Both the position numbers and the translations under genes were made by a program. The notes below the pieces were generated by a model. That model had not been told where the DNA came from, did not search any database, and worked only from the letters and a program-made list of their open reading frames with translations. Below, one piece after another: positions 1-10,454 of a stretch of DNA of 64,000 nucleotides (its first letter is position 1; each line of letters begins with the position of its first letter). Source of the stretch: Candidatus Helarchaeota archaeon (lineage in GTDB: Archaea; Asgardarchaeota; Lokiarchaeia; Helarchaeales; RDOG01); NCBI GenBank assembly GCA_019058315.1, contig JAHPZH010000001.1:1137432-1201431 (forward strand), written 5' to 3'.

Positions 1-326
1 AAAATTTTGAGACAGTAAGAAAATGCACTAATTGTGGTACCAAATTCATTCAATGTAATATATGCAAAAGATCTATAGGTAAAGAAGAGATTGTATATTG
101 TTCTTTTTGCAATACTCCATATCATAAATCTGAATTCCTCGAGTGGTTGAAAGTAAATGCTAGTTGTAAGGTCTGTAAAAGAGAAATGGATATGTGGGAA
201 TTTCAGAGATATTTAGAAGAATTGGAAAACGGACAGATAGATATTTCAAAAAAATGCAATAATTGCCATAAATCTATACCAAAAGATGCGAATTTTTGTA
301 TTTATTGTGGTGTTAAAACTAATTAA
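1..326 (+). CDS. 5'-truncated RING-like/zinc-ribbon protein, paralogue of the next gene (not in the ORF track)
   Basis: Frame 3 reads ...KCTNCGTKFIQCNICKRSIGKEEIVYCSFCNTPYHKSEFLEWLKVNASCKVC...CNNCHKSIPKDANFCIYCGVKTN and stops at TAA 324-326. It is collinear with the C-terminus of 286..1125. Confidence 0.85.
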   Translation, partial: NFETVRKCTNCGTKFIQCNICKRSIGKEEIVYCSFCNTPYHKSEFLEWLKVNASCKVCKREMDMWEFQRYLEELENGQIDISKKCNNCHKSIPKDANFCIYCGVKTN

Positions 327-1125
327 TCAATTCAATTATATGATTTATATGCCAGTTTATACAGATTTAGCACGATTTCAAACGATGATAAGCTTATTTA
401 TTTTTTTCATAATAGTTGGGATAATCAGATATTTAATTAGAAGGAATTCAGGGAAGATAATATTTGATATAATTTTATTATTTTTTATTTTAGGTTGGAA
501 TGGGATTGTATGGGAGGTATTTTATCAAGGGAAAACTTATGTCTTTTTTGCAATGGGGTATTCAATTTTAACTTTGAGCATTCTACTCTATTTAATAATT
601 TTTAGAAAACGTGTCTATCCTGAAAAACCTGAACCAGTTATTACACAAGAATATTCAGATACTTCAACAACAGTTATTGGATTAGATAATGAAATAGAGC
701 AACCATTATCTTTGGAGGTAAGTGATGACCAATTAGATGATGATTTAATAGATTATTTCAATCCAATTGTTTGCCCAACATGTGGTAAAGAAAATGTAGG
801 TGGTACAAAAGTTTGTGGCTCTTGTGACACTGAATTTCCTATATGTATTATTTGTAATAAACCGATAAATAAAGATGATATTGTTTTTTGCCCATTTTGT
901 AAGCAAACTTATCATAAATTAGAATTTTTTGAGTGGTTAAAGACAGAAGAAGCATGTAAAAAATGTTTAAGAGCATTAGAATTATCAGAAATTTTGGAAA
1001 TTTTTAAGCAAGAAAGTGAACCTATTGAAACTTCATTTTTATGCCCTATCTGTAAAAAATTAATCCCGAATGATTCCCATTTCTGTATTTATTGTGGCAG
1101 TCGAATTCATGACTATTCAGATTGA
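286..1125 (+). CDS. Membrane-anchored RING-like and double zinc-ribbon protein (true start probably ATG 340 or 349)
   Basis: Three hydrophobic segments, an acidic linker, CPTC..CGSC, then CIIC-x-CPFC-x4-H-x6-W-x6-CKKC, then CPIC..CIYC. The annotated start overlaps the upstream paralogue. Confidence 0.75.
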   Translation: MRIFVFIVVLKLINQFNYMIYMPVYTDLARFQTMISLFIFFIIVGIIRYLIRRNSGKIIFDIILLFFILGWNGIVWEVFYQGKTYVFFAMGYSILTLSILLYLIIFRKRVYPEKPEPVITQEYSDTSTTVIGLDNEIEQPLSLEVSDDQLDDDLIDYFNPIVCPTCGKENVGGTKVCGSCDTEFPICIICNKPINKDDIVFCPFCKQTYHKLEFFEWLKTEEACKKCLRALELSEILEIFKQESEPIETSFLCPICKKLIPNDSHFCIYCGSRIHDYSD

Positions 1126-1155
1126 GGAAATGGATATTTACATTAAATTTTTTAA

Positions 1156-2778
1156 TTATTGTTGAATATCAAGCATTAGTCGTTTGAATTGCTCAGGTGG
1201 ACATCCCTCTTCTTTCAAAGCTTTGGTCAATTTAGCAATCATTTTCTTTTCTATTTCTAATGTTTCTGGTTGCCCTGCAAGATTATTTTGAAAATTCGGA
1301 TCTTTTTTCCTATCAAATAAATAGTTTTGCTTATTTTTTTTAGACTGTCCTCCACCCATAACCATAAAAATTGGTGCAGGAATTTTCCATTGAGGTATTT
1401 TTACTCCAGGAATATAATATCCAGATTCGATATCTTTCGCGAAACTTTGAACTAACTCTTCAGCTTTTTCAAAACTAAGTTTTAGACCAAAAATTTCAGA
1501 ATATCTACAAATAGTTCCAGGAGATAACATAAGGGGAAAAACAGATGAATATTGATATATTTTCTTATTAGCATTAAAACCTCTTATATATGTATGATCC
1601 AACGTTGTTAAGCATGCACCGCTTCCAAAAATTCCATATAACATATAATCTCTTATGGTTTTGACCTCGTCTTTGAGTACTGGTATAAGTGATTTTCCAT
1701 CTATAAACATATTTTCATCTAATTTTTTACCTAATACATCTAATATAGTAGCTCGAATATCAACTATAGTTGAAAATGTTGTATCTATTCGTCTATTGCC
1801 CTTGATTTCAGGATGATAAATAATTAGAGGAATATTTGCAACATCTTCGAAGATTGGATGACCTTTACCGTATTGTTTGATTTTTTTATGTGGTTCAGCG
1901 AGTGCATGCCCATGATCTGTGGTCACAATAACACATGTATTTTTCCATAAATTGTATTGATCCATTTTCTCCCATATTTTGCCCAGCCATGCATCTACCA
2001 TAGATATTTTTCCACTATATTGGTTTCTAACAAATTGTAATTCTTCTTCTGAGGCTTCTTCAAAAAATTTCTTTAACATTCTAGCATTTTGGTAAGGAGG
2101 CCAGCAGGTAAAATTTTCATTATATGGTCCGTACATGGAACGATATGGTTCTGGGATATACCAAGGTTCATGTGGATCAAAACTTTCAATATGTAAAAAG
2201 AATTTTTCATGGGAATGATTCCTATCTAACCAATTACAAGCTGCTTGGATAACTTTTGGGGCATGAAAATCTTTTTCATCTTCAAAATGTTTTACATTTC
2301 TATAATAATGGGCATTTAATTTCGCAGGAGGTCTCCATTTGAGGTATGCTTTTACCCAATTAGGAAAGTTTTCTGGATCCTCAAGAGGTTCGCTAGAACT
2401 CACATCATACTCGTGTCCACGTATGAGATTTGTGAAAGAGTAATTCTCGTGGTATCCATGAACTCCCGTCCCCGGTTCCCAATAATGATAATGATCCGTA
2501 ACTAATGCAGTTACAGCTCCTAATCTTTCTGCTTCGTTCGGTAACAAACGATCAAATGGTTCTACAGCCCCCCAAAACTTCCATAAAAACTCATTCTTTC
2601 TTCCTGAAAAGAGTTCCCTTCTAGCAGGCATACAAGGAGCAGACCCTATAAAGTGATGATCAAAAACCACCCCTTTTTTAGCGAGTTTTGTAAGATTAGG
2701 AGTTTTGACTATTTTATTATCATAAGATTCAATATAGGATTTATTTAAACTATCTAAAAGGATAAAAATAACATTCAT
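1156..2778 (-). CDS. Sulfatase (arylsulfatase/alkaline phosphatase superfamily)
   Basis: N-terminal NVIFILLDS, Cys-type CxPxR motif (CMPAR), DPHEP and TTDHG motifs. Confidence 0.9.
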   Translation of the reverse strand: MNVIFILLDSLNKSYIESYDNKIVKTPNLTKLAKKGVVFDHHFIGSAPCMPARRELFSGRKNEFLWKFWGAVEPFDRLLPNEAERLGAVTALVTDHYHYWEPGTGVHGYHENYSFTNLIRGHEYDVSSSEPLEDPENFPNWVKAYLKWRPPAKLNAHYYRNVKHFEDEKDFHAPKVIQAACNWLDRNHSHEKFFLHIESFDPHEPWYIPEPYRSMYGPYNENFTCWPPYQNARMLKKFFEEASEEELQFVRNQYSGKISMVDAWLGKIWEKMDQYNLWKNTCVIVTTDHGHALAEPHKKIKQYGKGHPIFEDVANIPLIIYHPEIKGNRRIDTTFSTIVDIRATILDVLGKKLDENMFIDGKSLIPVLKDEVKTIRDYMLYGIFGSGACLTTLDHTYIRGFNANKKIYQYSSVFPLMLSPGTICRYSEIFGLKLSFEKAEELVQSFAKDIESGYYIPGVKIPQWKIPAPIFMVMGGGQSKKNKQNYLFDRKKDPNFQNNLAGQPETLEIEKKMIAKLTKALKEEGCPPEQFKRLMLDIQQ

Positions 2779-2877
2779 TTTCTCATAAACTCCTAATTTT
2801 TTAAATTAAATCAACTTTAATAGATTTAATTAATACCTGATGTCCTTAAAAGAACCTGTTATTTATGCTGTATTAGG

Positions 2878-4074
2878 TTATATTTTAACTAATTTATAAT
2901 TTAGATTTCCGATTTTATTTTTCACTGCAGCATTAAACTGGAATGAAGTATCAGAAAGAGGCATGAGTGTATGGAATTTTTCTATTCCTGGTCCTAAGGA
3001 GTCTACCCATTTTCCGTCTTTATCCATTTTTGGAACTCCTGGCGCTGCAGTTTCTGCATCAACACATGCTTTATCAACTGCAACCGGGTCTACCGATCCA
3101 AAGATTCCCAAATCAGGGACAATTGGTGGCCCTGGATTGGAAGCACAATCACAATTTAAGACAACATCTAGGGCAAAATTTATGTAACGTATATTCTCTG
3201 GTCCAAACCCTGTAATTACTCCTTTAGCATTATCAATAAACCGATCAACAAAATCTGGAACATTTCTCCAATTTGAATTTATTGCTCGTTTTACCTTACA
3301 ATAATCATTACATGCCATACATCCGACACAAGAATCATCAATCATCAAAGTATCACTATTATATTTAATAGCACCAACTGGACAAACTTCTAAACAAATT
3401 TTATCACAGTCTGCATTCGCACATTTTTTCGGATTTATTTGAATACCATCGAAATGTGCGCGAAATTTATTCCGTTTAGTAACACATCCAATTCCTAACT
3501 GTTTAAGCGCACCACCAAATGCAGCCTGTCCGTGTCCTTTAAAATGGGCTATTACGATCATCTTATCGAAATCAAACAATCCTTTCCCAACAGAAACGTC
3601 TTTAAAATGGATACCATCAATTTTAATTATTTTTCCATCAATACCTTTTTCTCCATCTATAAATTTCAAAGGAGCACCAATTGTAGATTCTGAATAACCA
3701 TGTAATTGTGCAATATTTTCATGTTCTGATTCAGTTTTTCTAACACCCATGCAAATTACATGCTCATCTGACATTTTAATATGCTGTACTTTCATACCTA
3801 GTCCCATTGTTTCAATTAAAGTCGGAATACCACCCAAAGATTTTACAAAATCAACCACTTCATGTACATAGTCATGACGTAAATAACGAGTGTTATATCC
3901 CTCTCCAACATGGACTTTTATAGCAACTTTATCTCCAGGATTAATATTATCTAAAATTTTTTCTAAAATCAGACGGGTCTTTATTAAATTGTTAGTAACC
4001 ATATTTTTTTTTGTGTTTTTAAGAGCAACCACTTCATTTGGTAATGCCCAATATACAATAGATTCGTTTGACAT
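2878..4074 (-). CDS. DUF362-domain protein with 4Fe-4S ferredoxin insert
   Basis: VAIKVHVGE, HFKGH..FGGALKQLG, ferredoxin Cys clusters, CDC and DPVAVD motifs. Confidence 0.85.
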   Translation of the reverse strand: MSNESIVYWALPNEVVALKNTKKNMVTNNLIKTRLILEKILDNINPGDKVAIKVHVGEGYNTRYLRHDYVHEVVDFVKSLGGIPTLIETMGLGMKVQHIKMSDEHVICMGVRKTESEHENIAQLHGYSESTIGAPLKFIDGEKGIDGKIIKIDGIHFKDVSVGKGLFDFDKMIVIAHFKGHGQAAFGGALKQLGIGCVTKRNKFRAHFDGIQINPKKCANADCDKICLEVCPVGAIKYNSDTLMIDDSCVGCMACNDYCKVKRAINSNWRNVPDFVDRFIDNAKGVITGFGPENIRYINFALDVVLNCDCASNPGPPIVPDLGIFGSVDPVAVDKACVDAETAAPGVPKMDKDGKWVDSLGPGIEKFHTLMPLSDTSFQFNAAVKNKIGNLNYKLVKI

Positions 4075-4123
4075 AATAAATCACAAAAAATTATTTGATT
4101 TAGTTATTTCTTAAATTAATTAT

Positions 4124-5395
4124 TTAATCCGCATCAATCCTTTTAATAAATTCTATTAAGATTTGATAACAATTCCAAAGATTATTAAATTCTATTTTTT
4201 CAATTGTATCATTTGTAGTATGATAATGGGTGGGAAATCCTTTTTTTGGCATACTTATAATTGAACAAGCTCTAATCTTATTTTGTGAATAAGCCATAGA
4301 ATCCGTATATGCCTCAATTGATCCTTTTAGATAGGGTATTTTTAAGTCCTCAAATATTTTAGATAAGAAAGCTATTAATTCTTTAGAATGTTTAACAATA
4401 AACATTGACTCTGATGTAACTAATTTTAATATTTGTCCTTTCCCTCCAAGCATATCTAAATTAATAGCAAAGGCTTGATTCTTATTTAATTCATTACAAT
4501 ATTTTTTAGAAAATCGTTTACTTCCTCGATCACCCCACTCTTCGCAACCATGAGAAACAATCCAGATTTCTACATTTTTCAATTTATTATCTTGTAAAAA
4601 TTTAGCTATTGATATTAGAACTGCAATTGCGCTTAAATTATCATCTACTCCCATAACTGGTGTATTAGAAACAACATTAAATGCAGTATAAATTAAAATA
4701 GGGCTGATTAAGGATAAAAAAATAAGAAGAATTAAATCAATTTCTTGTAAAAAAAGAAAATAATATGATAAAAAGTGTAAAACTATTTTTAAAATAAAAA
4801 TCCCAACCATTAAATGATTTATAATAACTGAAAAAGCCATAAATATACCGAAAAGAATGGGAGATTTTTTGAGTATTTTAAATTCACAATTTGAATCATG
4901 ATGTCCACCAAAAATTATAATTCTTTTTGCTTCATTTTCTGGTTTAAATTTCCCCAAAACATTGAAAGACTGATTTTTTTTAAAAAGAGGGTCGATTAAT
5001 TCGATATTACGAAATAAATTACTTTGGATTATAATTACAGATATCAAAACTAGAATTAAAGAACTTATTAGAAGCAATTTATTTGGATTAAAGTAATATA
5101 TCCAATAAAAGATTGTAGAAATGACCAAATTTAACATTGGAATTCGAAAAGTTGCTTTATAAGAACTTGGATGGCAATAAAATTCTTCTATTTTTGTATC
5201 ATTAGTGTATTTTTTTAATTCATTCTCAACATAATTTGCGCATTCAGCTTCTTTTTTGGAACATGGAGATCTTGGTCCTATTTTTTCACATATATCTTGA
5301 ATAATAAAATGCATGTATTTGATTATTTCATTTTTTTGTTCCATAAGAATTCCTTGAGAGAATTTAAGAATCTTATAATTAAATTTACTATTCAA
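4124..5395 (-). CDS. Membrane-embedded M28 family peptidase (true start may be MEQK)
   Basis: GGHHDS, GVDDNLS, GCEEWG, NLDM and YHT motifs with intervening TM helices. Confidence 0.85.
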   Translation of the reverse strand: MNSKFNYKILKFSQGILMEQKNEIIKYMHFIIQDICEKIGPRSPCSKKEAECANYVENELKKYTNDTKIEEFYCHPSSYKATFRIPMLNLVISTIFYWIYYFNPNKLLLISSLILVLISVIIIQSNLFRNIELIDPLFKKNQSFNVLGKFKPENEAKRIIIFGGHHDSNCEFKILKKSPILFGIFMAFSVIINHLMVGIFILKIVLHFLSYYFLFLQEIDLILLIFLSLISPILIYTAFNVVSNTPVMGVDDNLSAIAVLISIAKFLQDNKLKNVEIWIVSHGCEEWGDRGSKRFSKKYCNELNKNQAFAINLDMLGGKGQILKLVTSESMFIVKHSKELIAFLSKIFEDLKIPYLKGSIEAYTDSMAYSQNKIRACSIISMPKKGFPTHYHTTNDTIEKIEFNNLWNCYQILIEFIKRIDAD

Positions 5396-6608
5396 GACTA
5401 TTTACAATAATTTCTAATAGATCGAAAACTTCAATTGTTTTCTCAGAGTTCAATTCTTCTACTCCATCTTTTAAATTTCTCAAACAAAAAGGGCATGCCG
5501 TAACTAGCATTTCCGAACTTGTTTCAAGAGCTTCTTCAATTCTGGTTTTAGCAATATTAATTGCCAATTCAGGATTTCCAGATTTCAAACCTCCCCCAGC
5601 TCCGCAACACCAAGAATTTTCTTTTATTCGTTTCATTTCGATAAATTCAAGACCTGGAATATGATTTAAAATATAACGTGGAGCATCATAAATTTTTGCG
5701 TGTCGCCCTAGATGACATGGGTCGTGGTAGGTAACTTTTTTTGGAATTTCGTTGATAAGTTTCAATTGTCCATTTTCTAGTAGGTTTTGGATTAATTCTG
5801 TCACATGTAAAACTTTAAAGTTAAAATCTGGTAAAATTTCAGGATAATCTAGTTTAAGTGTTCTATAACAACCTGCACAGTGGGTGATAATATGTGTGGC
5901 CTTTGTCTTCTTAATAGCATCTAAATTATGTTTTGCTAAAGTTTTGGCTAAAGAAATATTTCCTGTTCTTAAAGCAACAGACCCACAACACCATTCATCA
6001 ATTCCTAAAGCAGTATAATTGACATTTGCTACATCTAGAATTTTTATTAGGTTTTGTAAGATATCAGACATTCTATAAGGTTCTGTACAACCCGTAAATA
6101 GAACATATTCAGCTTCTTTTGGGAATTTTTTATCCTTAGGAATCCAATTTACTCTATCTTCATGATTTTCAAAATAAGGATTATAATTTTTTTGACAATA
6201 ATCTAGAATTTCCGAATGTCTAGGAATTGTAAAACCAGCATCAACTAATTCTGCTCTTAATGCTTCCCAAATTTTTGGATGATCCATTATTTGTGAAATC
6301 GGATGTAAAAGAGATGGATGATAAGAATAATTACAAACAATTTTACAAGAACCACAAATCATACATTGGAAAATAATATCTGCCAATTCTTGACTTAATT
6401 CAATATCTCCTTTTAATAAGCCATTTGCAAGCATTATTTTACCACGAGCAAAAAATGGTTCCCATTTTACTGGAATAACTTCACGAACAGGACAAACCTG
6501 ATAACGACCTACTAAGGGTCTTATAGCAGTCCTGCAATCTCCGCATCTATAACATGTTTCTATTAGATCTCTGACTTTTTCTAAATGTTTGTATTTTATT
6601 TCACTCAT
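5388..6608 (-). CDS. Fe-S oxidoreductase, GlcF/HdrD-like (two CCG domains)
   Basis: CxxCxxC clusters, WCCG twice, CAGC, YHDPCHLGR and ACPFC. Confidence 0.9.
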   Translation of the reverse strand: MSEIKYKHLEKVRDLIETCYRCGDCRTAIRPLVGRYQVCPVREVIPVKWEPFFARGKIMLANGLLKGDIELSQELADIIFQCMICGSCKIVCNYSYHPSLLHPISQIMDHPKIWEALRAELVDAGFTIPRHSEILDYCQKNYNPYFENHEDRVNWIPKDKKFPKEAEYVLFTGCTEPYRMSDILQNLIKILDVANVNYTALGIDEWCCGSVALRTGNISLAKTLAKHNLDAIKKTKATHIITHCAGCYRTLKLDYPEILPDFNFKVLHVTELIQNLLENGQLKLINEIPKKVTYHDPCHLGRHAKIYDAPRYILNHIPGLEFIEMKRIKENSWCCGAGGGLKSGNPELAINIAKTRIEEALETSSEMLVTACPFCLRNLKDGVEELNSEKTIEVFDLLEIIVNSLE

Positions 6609-8113
6609 TTTTTATCTCCCATTTCAAGCATAAATTTACCAGGACTCAAAATATTATTTGGATCTAGAAGCTTTTTGATTCCTTTCATAAAATTGTAGTA
6701 TTGATCCGTAAAAGCCCCAGTTTTTACTAATTCTCGCGAAGCAATATAACCAAGCATATAATGCATTGCACCAGCTTTTATTACAGTAGCCATTTGTTCC
6801 TTCCATAAATTAAGATTTAGTTCCCTCAATTCTGGGTCAGGAGATGTAACAAAACCTATTGCAAGCTCAACGTTGTTTTCACCAGATAAACCGACAGATC
6901 CACAACCTGTTCCAGCAGGAATTCCAGTCTTTTCTTGTATTTTTGCAAAATCATTAGCATTTTTAGCACCCCATTTATCAATTGCATTTATAATTTCAGG
7001 AAATCTTTTAATTGGGCAGTGAGCTTCGGTACTTAACGATTGAGACCCTTTAGGAATTCCAAATGTATTCTGATAAAAAGAATAATTACCATTTAATTCA
7101 AATGGATATTGAAATTTCGCAAAATTTCCATCTTCTATTTGGGGACCTAGAGGTTGCCCCTTATTTTTTATTACTATTTCATCTAAACTTTCAATATTTG
7201 CCTCTAATTCCCTTTCAGAAAAAGCTTCTGTCGTATAAAAAATAGCAGCTTTAGTCATTTTTTTCCATGGAAAGTAAGTTGGTGGATCCATAGCAGACAT
7301 ACCCATTACAAAGTAATCTGGAAAATAAAAACCATCATAAATTCCAAACCCTCCTTTATTTAACCACTCAAGAAAAATCTTAACACCATATTTCATATTA
7401 CTTCTTTTTAAAACAAAAGTTTTAGCTTCATAAAACGGAGGTTTAGGGTAGATCCGAAGTGTGGCATTCGTTTTAATACCGTAAATTCCATTATCTCCTA
7501 GAAATATTCCCGAAAAATCTGGACCAAAACCATACCGGCTAAATGGTTCTTTAACATATTTACTACAAAGTGACCCTGTATTTATAATGTCTCCTTGGGG
7601 CAAAACAACTTCTAATCCCACTACATGTCTGCAAACAGAACCATATTTTGCTCCCCCACCACCACCAACTGAATTATGGCTCAAACCACCACCAATAACT
7701 GCTGACATTCCAGACCCTGGTCCCATAGCACCAGTGTAGAATCCTTTTTTAAGAAGTTCTGTATTTAATTCGGCCCAAGTGATACCACATTCAGCTGTAA
7801 CAACTTGATCCTCTATATTTATTTCGATTATTTTATTCATACTGGTCATATCAATAACTATGCCCTTATAATGCGGCACAGCTCCACCAAAAAGTCCAGC
7901 CCCACCACCTCTTGGAACGACTGGAATTTCTTCTTTATTTGCAATATGAAGAATATCCGAAATTTCTTCGGAAGTTCTTGGTCGAATTACAAAATCAGGT
8001 AATTCTTGATATATACAATCGCCAGTTTTACTATAGCAATATCTAACGTATTCGTTATTAGTAACTGAGTCAATACCAACTATCTTTTGTAATTTCTCAA
8101 AAATTGAAGTCAT
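6605..8113 (-). CDS. FAD-linked oxidoreductase, GlcD/D-lactate dehydrogenase-like
   Basis: PRGGGAGLFGG FAD motif, GLEVVL and C-terminal LDPNNILSPGK; overlaps the CCG gene by 4 bp. Confidence 0.9.
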   Translation of the reverse strand: MTSIFEKLQKIVGIDSVTNNEYVRYCYSKTGDCIYQELPDFVIRPRTSEEISDILHIANKEEIPVVPRGGGAGLFGGAVPHYKGIVIDMTSMNKIIEINIEDQVVTAECGITWAELNTELLKKGFYTGAMGPGSGMSAVIGGGLSHNSVGGGGGAKYGSVCRHVVGLEVVLPQGDIINTGSLCSKYVKEPFSRYGFGPDFSGIFLGDNGIYGIKTNATLRIYPKPPFYEAKTFVLKRSNMKYGVKIFLEWLNKGGFGIYDGFYFPDYFVMGMSAMDPPTYFPWKKMTKAAIFYTTEAFSERELEANIESLDEIVIKNKGQPLGPQIEDGNFAKFQYPFELNGNYSFYQNTFGIPKGSQSLSTEAHCPIKRFPEIINAIDKWGAKNANDFAKIQEKTGIPAGTGCGSVGLSGENNVELAIGFVTSPDPELRELNLNLWKEQMATVIKAGAMHYMLGYIASRELVKTGAFTDQYYNFMKGIKKLLDPNNILSPGKFMLEMGDKK

Positions 8114-8147
8114 TTTAAAGCCTCAATATTTAAAATTTATAAATAAT

Positions 8148-8969
8148 TTAAAGATTAATTTCTTTTAACTCGTATTCTGGACCTCCCAAGCCATATTCGG
8201 TAGCGTATTTAATGTATGGGAGGTAATCAATATCTTTATTTTTATATTTGGGCTCAACATCTTTTAATAAACTAAATCCATAGATATCAAGAACTGAAGG
8301 ACTATTACCTGCAAGTAAATATCCTAAATCAACTGCTTTTCCTCCATGTCGGAATTCATTAGCATGAATCATAGTCTGCACTGCATCCATAATAATTAAA
8401 TGAAATCTGGTTTTATCTTTATTCATTAAAAGCCAGTTTGTTTCAGCCATAATCTTCCATGGATTTTTCACGATTTTCATATGCATTTTAATTCGTTCAA
8501 ATTTACTTAGATACCCAACAATCATTTTAAGAGCTCCTGTCATACGAAAATGTGGATGAGATTTAAGAATTGGCAGTGAAATTATAGAATCAGCTTTAAA
8601 AGGAAGAACAGACATTTTAACTTTAAAACCTCGTGGAGATTTGAAAGTCTTCATGGGTTCATTAAATAAAATCTTAAATTGAATGCCATGTTTTTCACAT
8701 AGACGTGTTATTGAAGTATCTTGAACCCTTTTTGACCTTACATCAATACCTTGCCCGTCCCCACAGATTATTTCATGTCCTTTATCTTGAAGATAGGTTA
8801 TGACTGTTTCTAAAATATCGGGATGTGTTGTTGTTGGGTACTCTTCAAATGAAACTTGATTCGGTTTGATAAAAACGGTTCCTTCGATTTGATTCTTAAA
8901 CAGGTCGAGAACTTTTACAGCAAATTCTTTTCTTTTCTCGCTTTTTGAAAAATAAATGATTTCTGTCAT
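8148..8969 (-). CDS. DUF362-domain protein
   Basis: VFIKPN, TTHP and LPILKSH..MTGALK motifs. Confidence 0.8.
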   Translation of the reverse strand: MTEIIYFSKSEKRKEFAVKVLDLFKNQIEGTVFIKPNQVSFEEYPTTTHPDILETVITYLQDKGHEIICGDGQGIDVRSKRVQDTSITRLCEKHGIQFKILFNEPMKTFKSPRGFKVKMSVLPFKADSIISLPILKSHPHFRMTGALKMIVGYLSKFERIKMHMKIVKNPWKIMAETNWLLMNKDKTRFHLIIMDAVQTMIHANEFRHGGKAVDLGYLLAGNSPSVLDIYGFSLLKDVEPKYKNKDIDYLPYIKYATEYGLGGPEYELKEINL

Positions 8970-9023
8970 AAAAATCAGATTTCATAATTTAATTAAATAA
9001 ACGAAATTGATTTATTAAAATTA

Positions 9024-9203
9024 TTAATCTTCATCCGAGAAATCATCAAAAAATCGAACTCCGCATTTAGGACCAGCGACCATGAATTGTGAGGTAAATT
9101 TGGAATCTAAGCTCTTTGATATATTATTTAAAATTTTCATAATTAAGGTATACCAAGGAAATTTGACTTTATTGGATTTTAATTCAATCATCTCTAACGT
9201 CAT
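9024..9203 (-). CDS. Possible small hypothetical protein (59 aa, below the ORF-track cutoff)
   Basis: ATG at 9203 to TAA at 9024 gives MTLEMIELKSNKVKFPWYTLIMKILNNISKSLDSKFTSQFMVAGPKCGVRFFDDFSDED. It fills the gap and is co-oriented with the downstream minus-strand cluster. Confidence 0.45.
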   Translation of the reverse strand: MTLEMIELKSNKVKFPWYTLIMKILNNISKSLDSKFTSQFMVAGPKCGVRFFDDFSDED

Positions 9204-9322
9204 TTGATATTTTAATGAAATTTATAGAGATTATACTAATTTCTATATATAATTAAATAATATTGATAAAAGAATTTTATTCAAAATTTTCCAACTTAAA
9301 ATTATAATAGAAGTAATAATAA

Positions 9323-10390
9323 ATGAAAAAGGAATTTAAACTCAAAGCTCCTGGTAGGGTTTGTCTTTTCGGTGAACATCAAGATTATTTAGGACTCCCC
9401 GTCATATCTGCCGCAATCTCTTTGTATATTAATATTAAAGCTAAAAGCAATGATAAAAAGAAATTCAATTTGAATTTTTTAGATCTAAATAAAAGAGAGA
9501 GTATAACTATAAATGGACAGGAACTTGAATACCAAAGTAGTCGAGATTATATAAAAAGCGCATATAATATCCTTTTGAGAAAAGGTTATACTTTCAATCA
9601 AGGTTATAATTGTAAAATTTCTGGTAAAATACCTATGAGTGCTGGAGCAGCGAGTTCTTCTGCTTTAACAGTTGCTTGGGTTGCTTTTTTATTAAATTCA
9701 ATTAAAATTCAATTATCATTAACTGAAATTGCAAGTATTGCCCATGTTGCTGAAGTTGTGGAATTTCAAGAGTCTGGGGGAAACATGGATCATATCACAT
9801 CAGCATTTGGAAATTTGTTATATATAGAAAATAGAGGACAAATCTTTATTGAACATCTAAATGCTAAAATTGAAAAGATTGTATTGGGAGACTCAATGGA
9901 GAAAAAAACTACTGTAGAAGATTTATTTAAAGTTAAAAAACAAGTATTAAAGGGAATAAACGATTTAAAAGAAAATTTTCCAAATTTCGATTTAAATTCA
10001 ACGAAATTAGATGAAGTTGAAGAATATCTCGATAATTCAGAATCTTCAAAAAAGATTTATGCAAATATCGTTAATCGAGATTTAACCCAAGCAGCTAAAA
10101 AATTATTAAAAGATGAGCATTTTGATAAAAAGAAATTAGGAAAGTTATTGAATGAACATCACAATCAATTAAATGAAAATTTAAGAATCTCTTCTAAAAA
10201 AATTAATTCTATGATAGATGCTGCTTTAGATGCTGGAGCTTTAGGTTGTAAAATTAATGGAAGCGGGTTTGGGGGGACAATGTTTGCATACGCCCCTGGA
10301 AACGAAAAAAAAGTTGCAAAAGCAATAGAAAAATGTGGGGAAAAATCATATATCGTAAAAATTGTTGACGGAGTTAATTATAACATTTAA
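9323..10390 (+). CDS. galK: GHMP kinase, galactokinase-like
   Basis: APGRVCLFGEHQDY, PMSAGAASSSA and KINGSGFGG. Substrate is inferred. Confidence 0.75.
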   Translation: MKKEFKLKAPGRVCLFGEHQDYLGLPVISAAISLYINIKAKSNDKKKFNLNFLDLNKRESITINGQELEYQSSRDYIKSAYNILLRKGYTFNQGYNCKISGKIPMSAGAASSSALTVAWVAFLLNSIKIQLSLTEIASIAHVAEVVEFQESGGNMDHITSAFGNLLYIENRGQIFIEHLNAKIEKIVLGDSMEKKTTVEDLFKVKKQVLKGINDLKENFPNFDLNSTKLDEVEEYLDNSESSKKIYANIVNRDLTQAAKKLLKDEHFDKKKLGKLLNEHHNQLNENLRISSKKINSMIDAALDAGALGCKINGSGFGGTMFAYAPGNEKKVAKAIEKCGEKSYIVKIVDGVNYNI

Positions 10391-10454
10391 TTTCAAATAT
10401 AAATAATTAAATAAAAGAAGATTAAGCAATAATTAACAATAAAAGTGATCGAAT

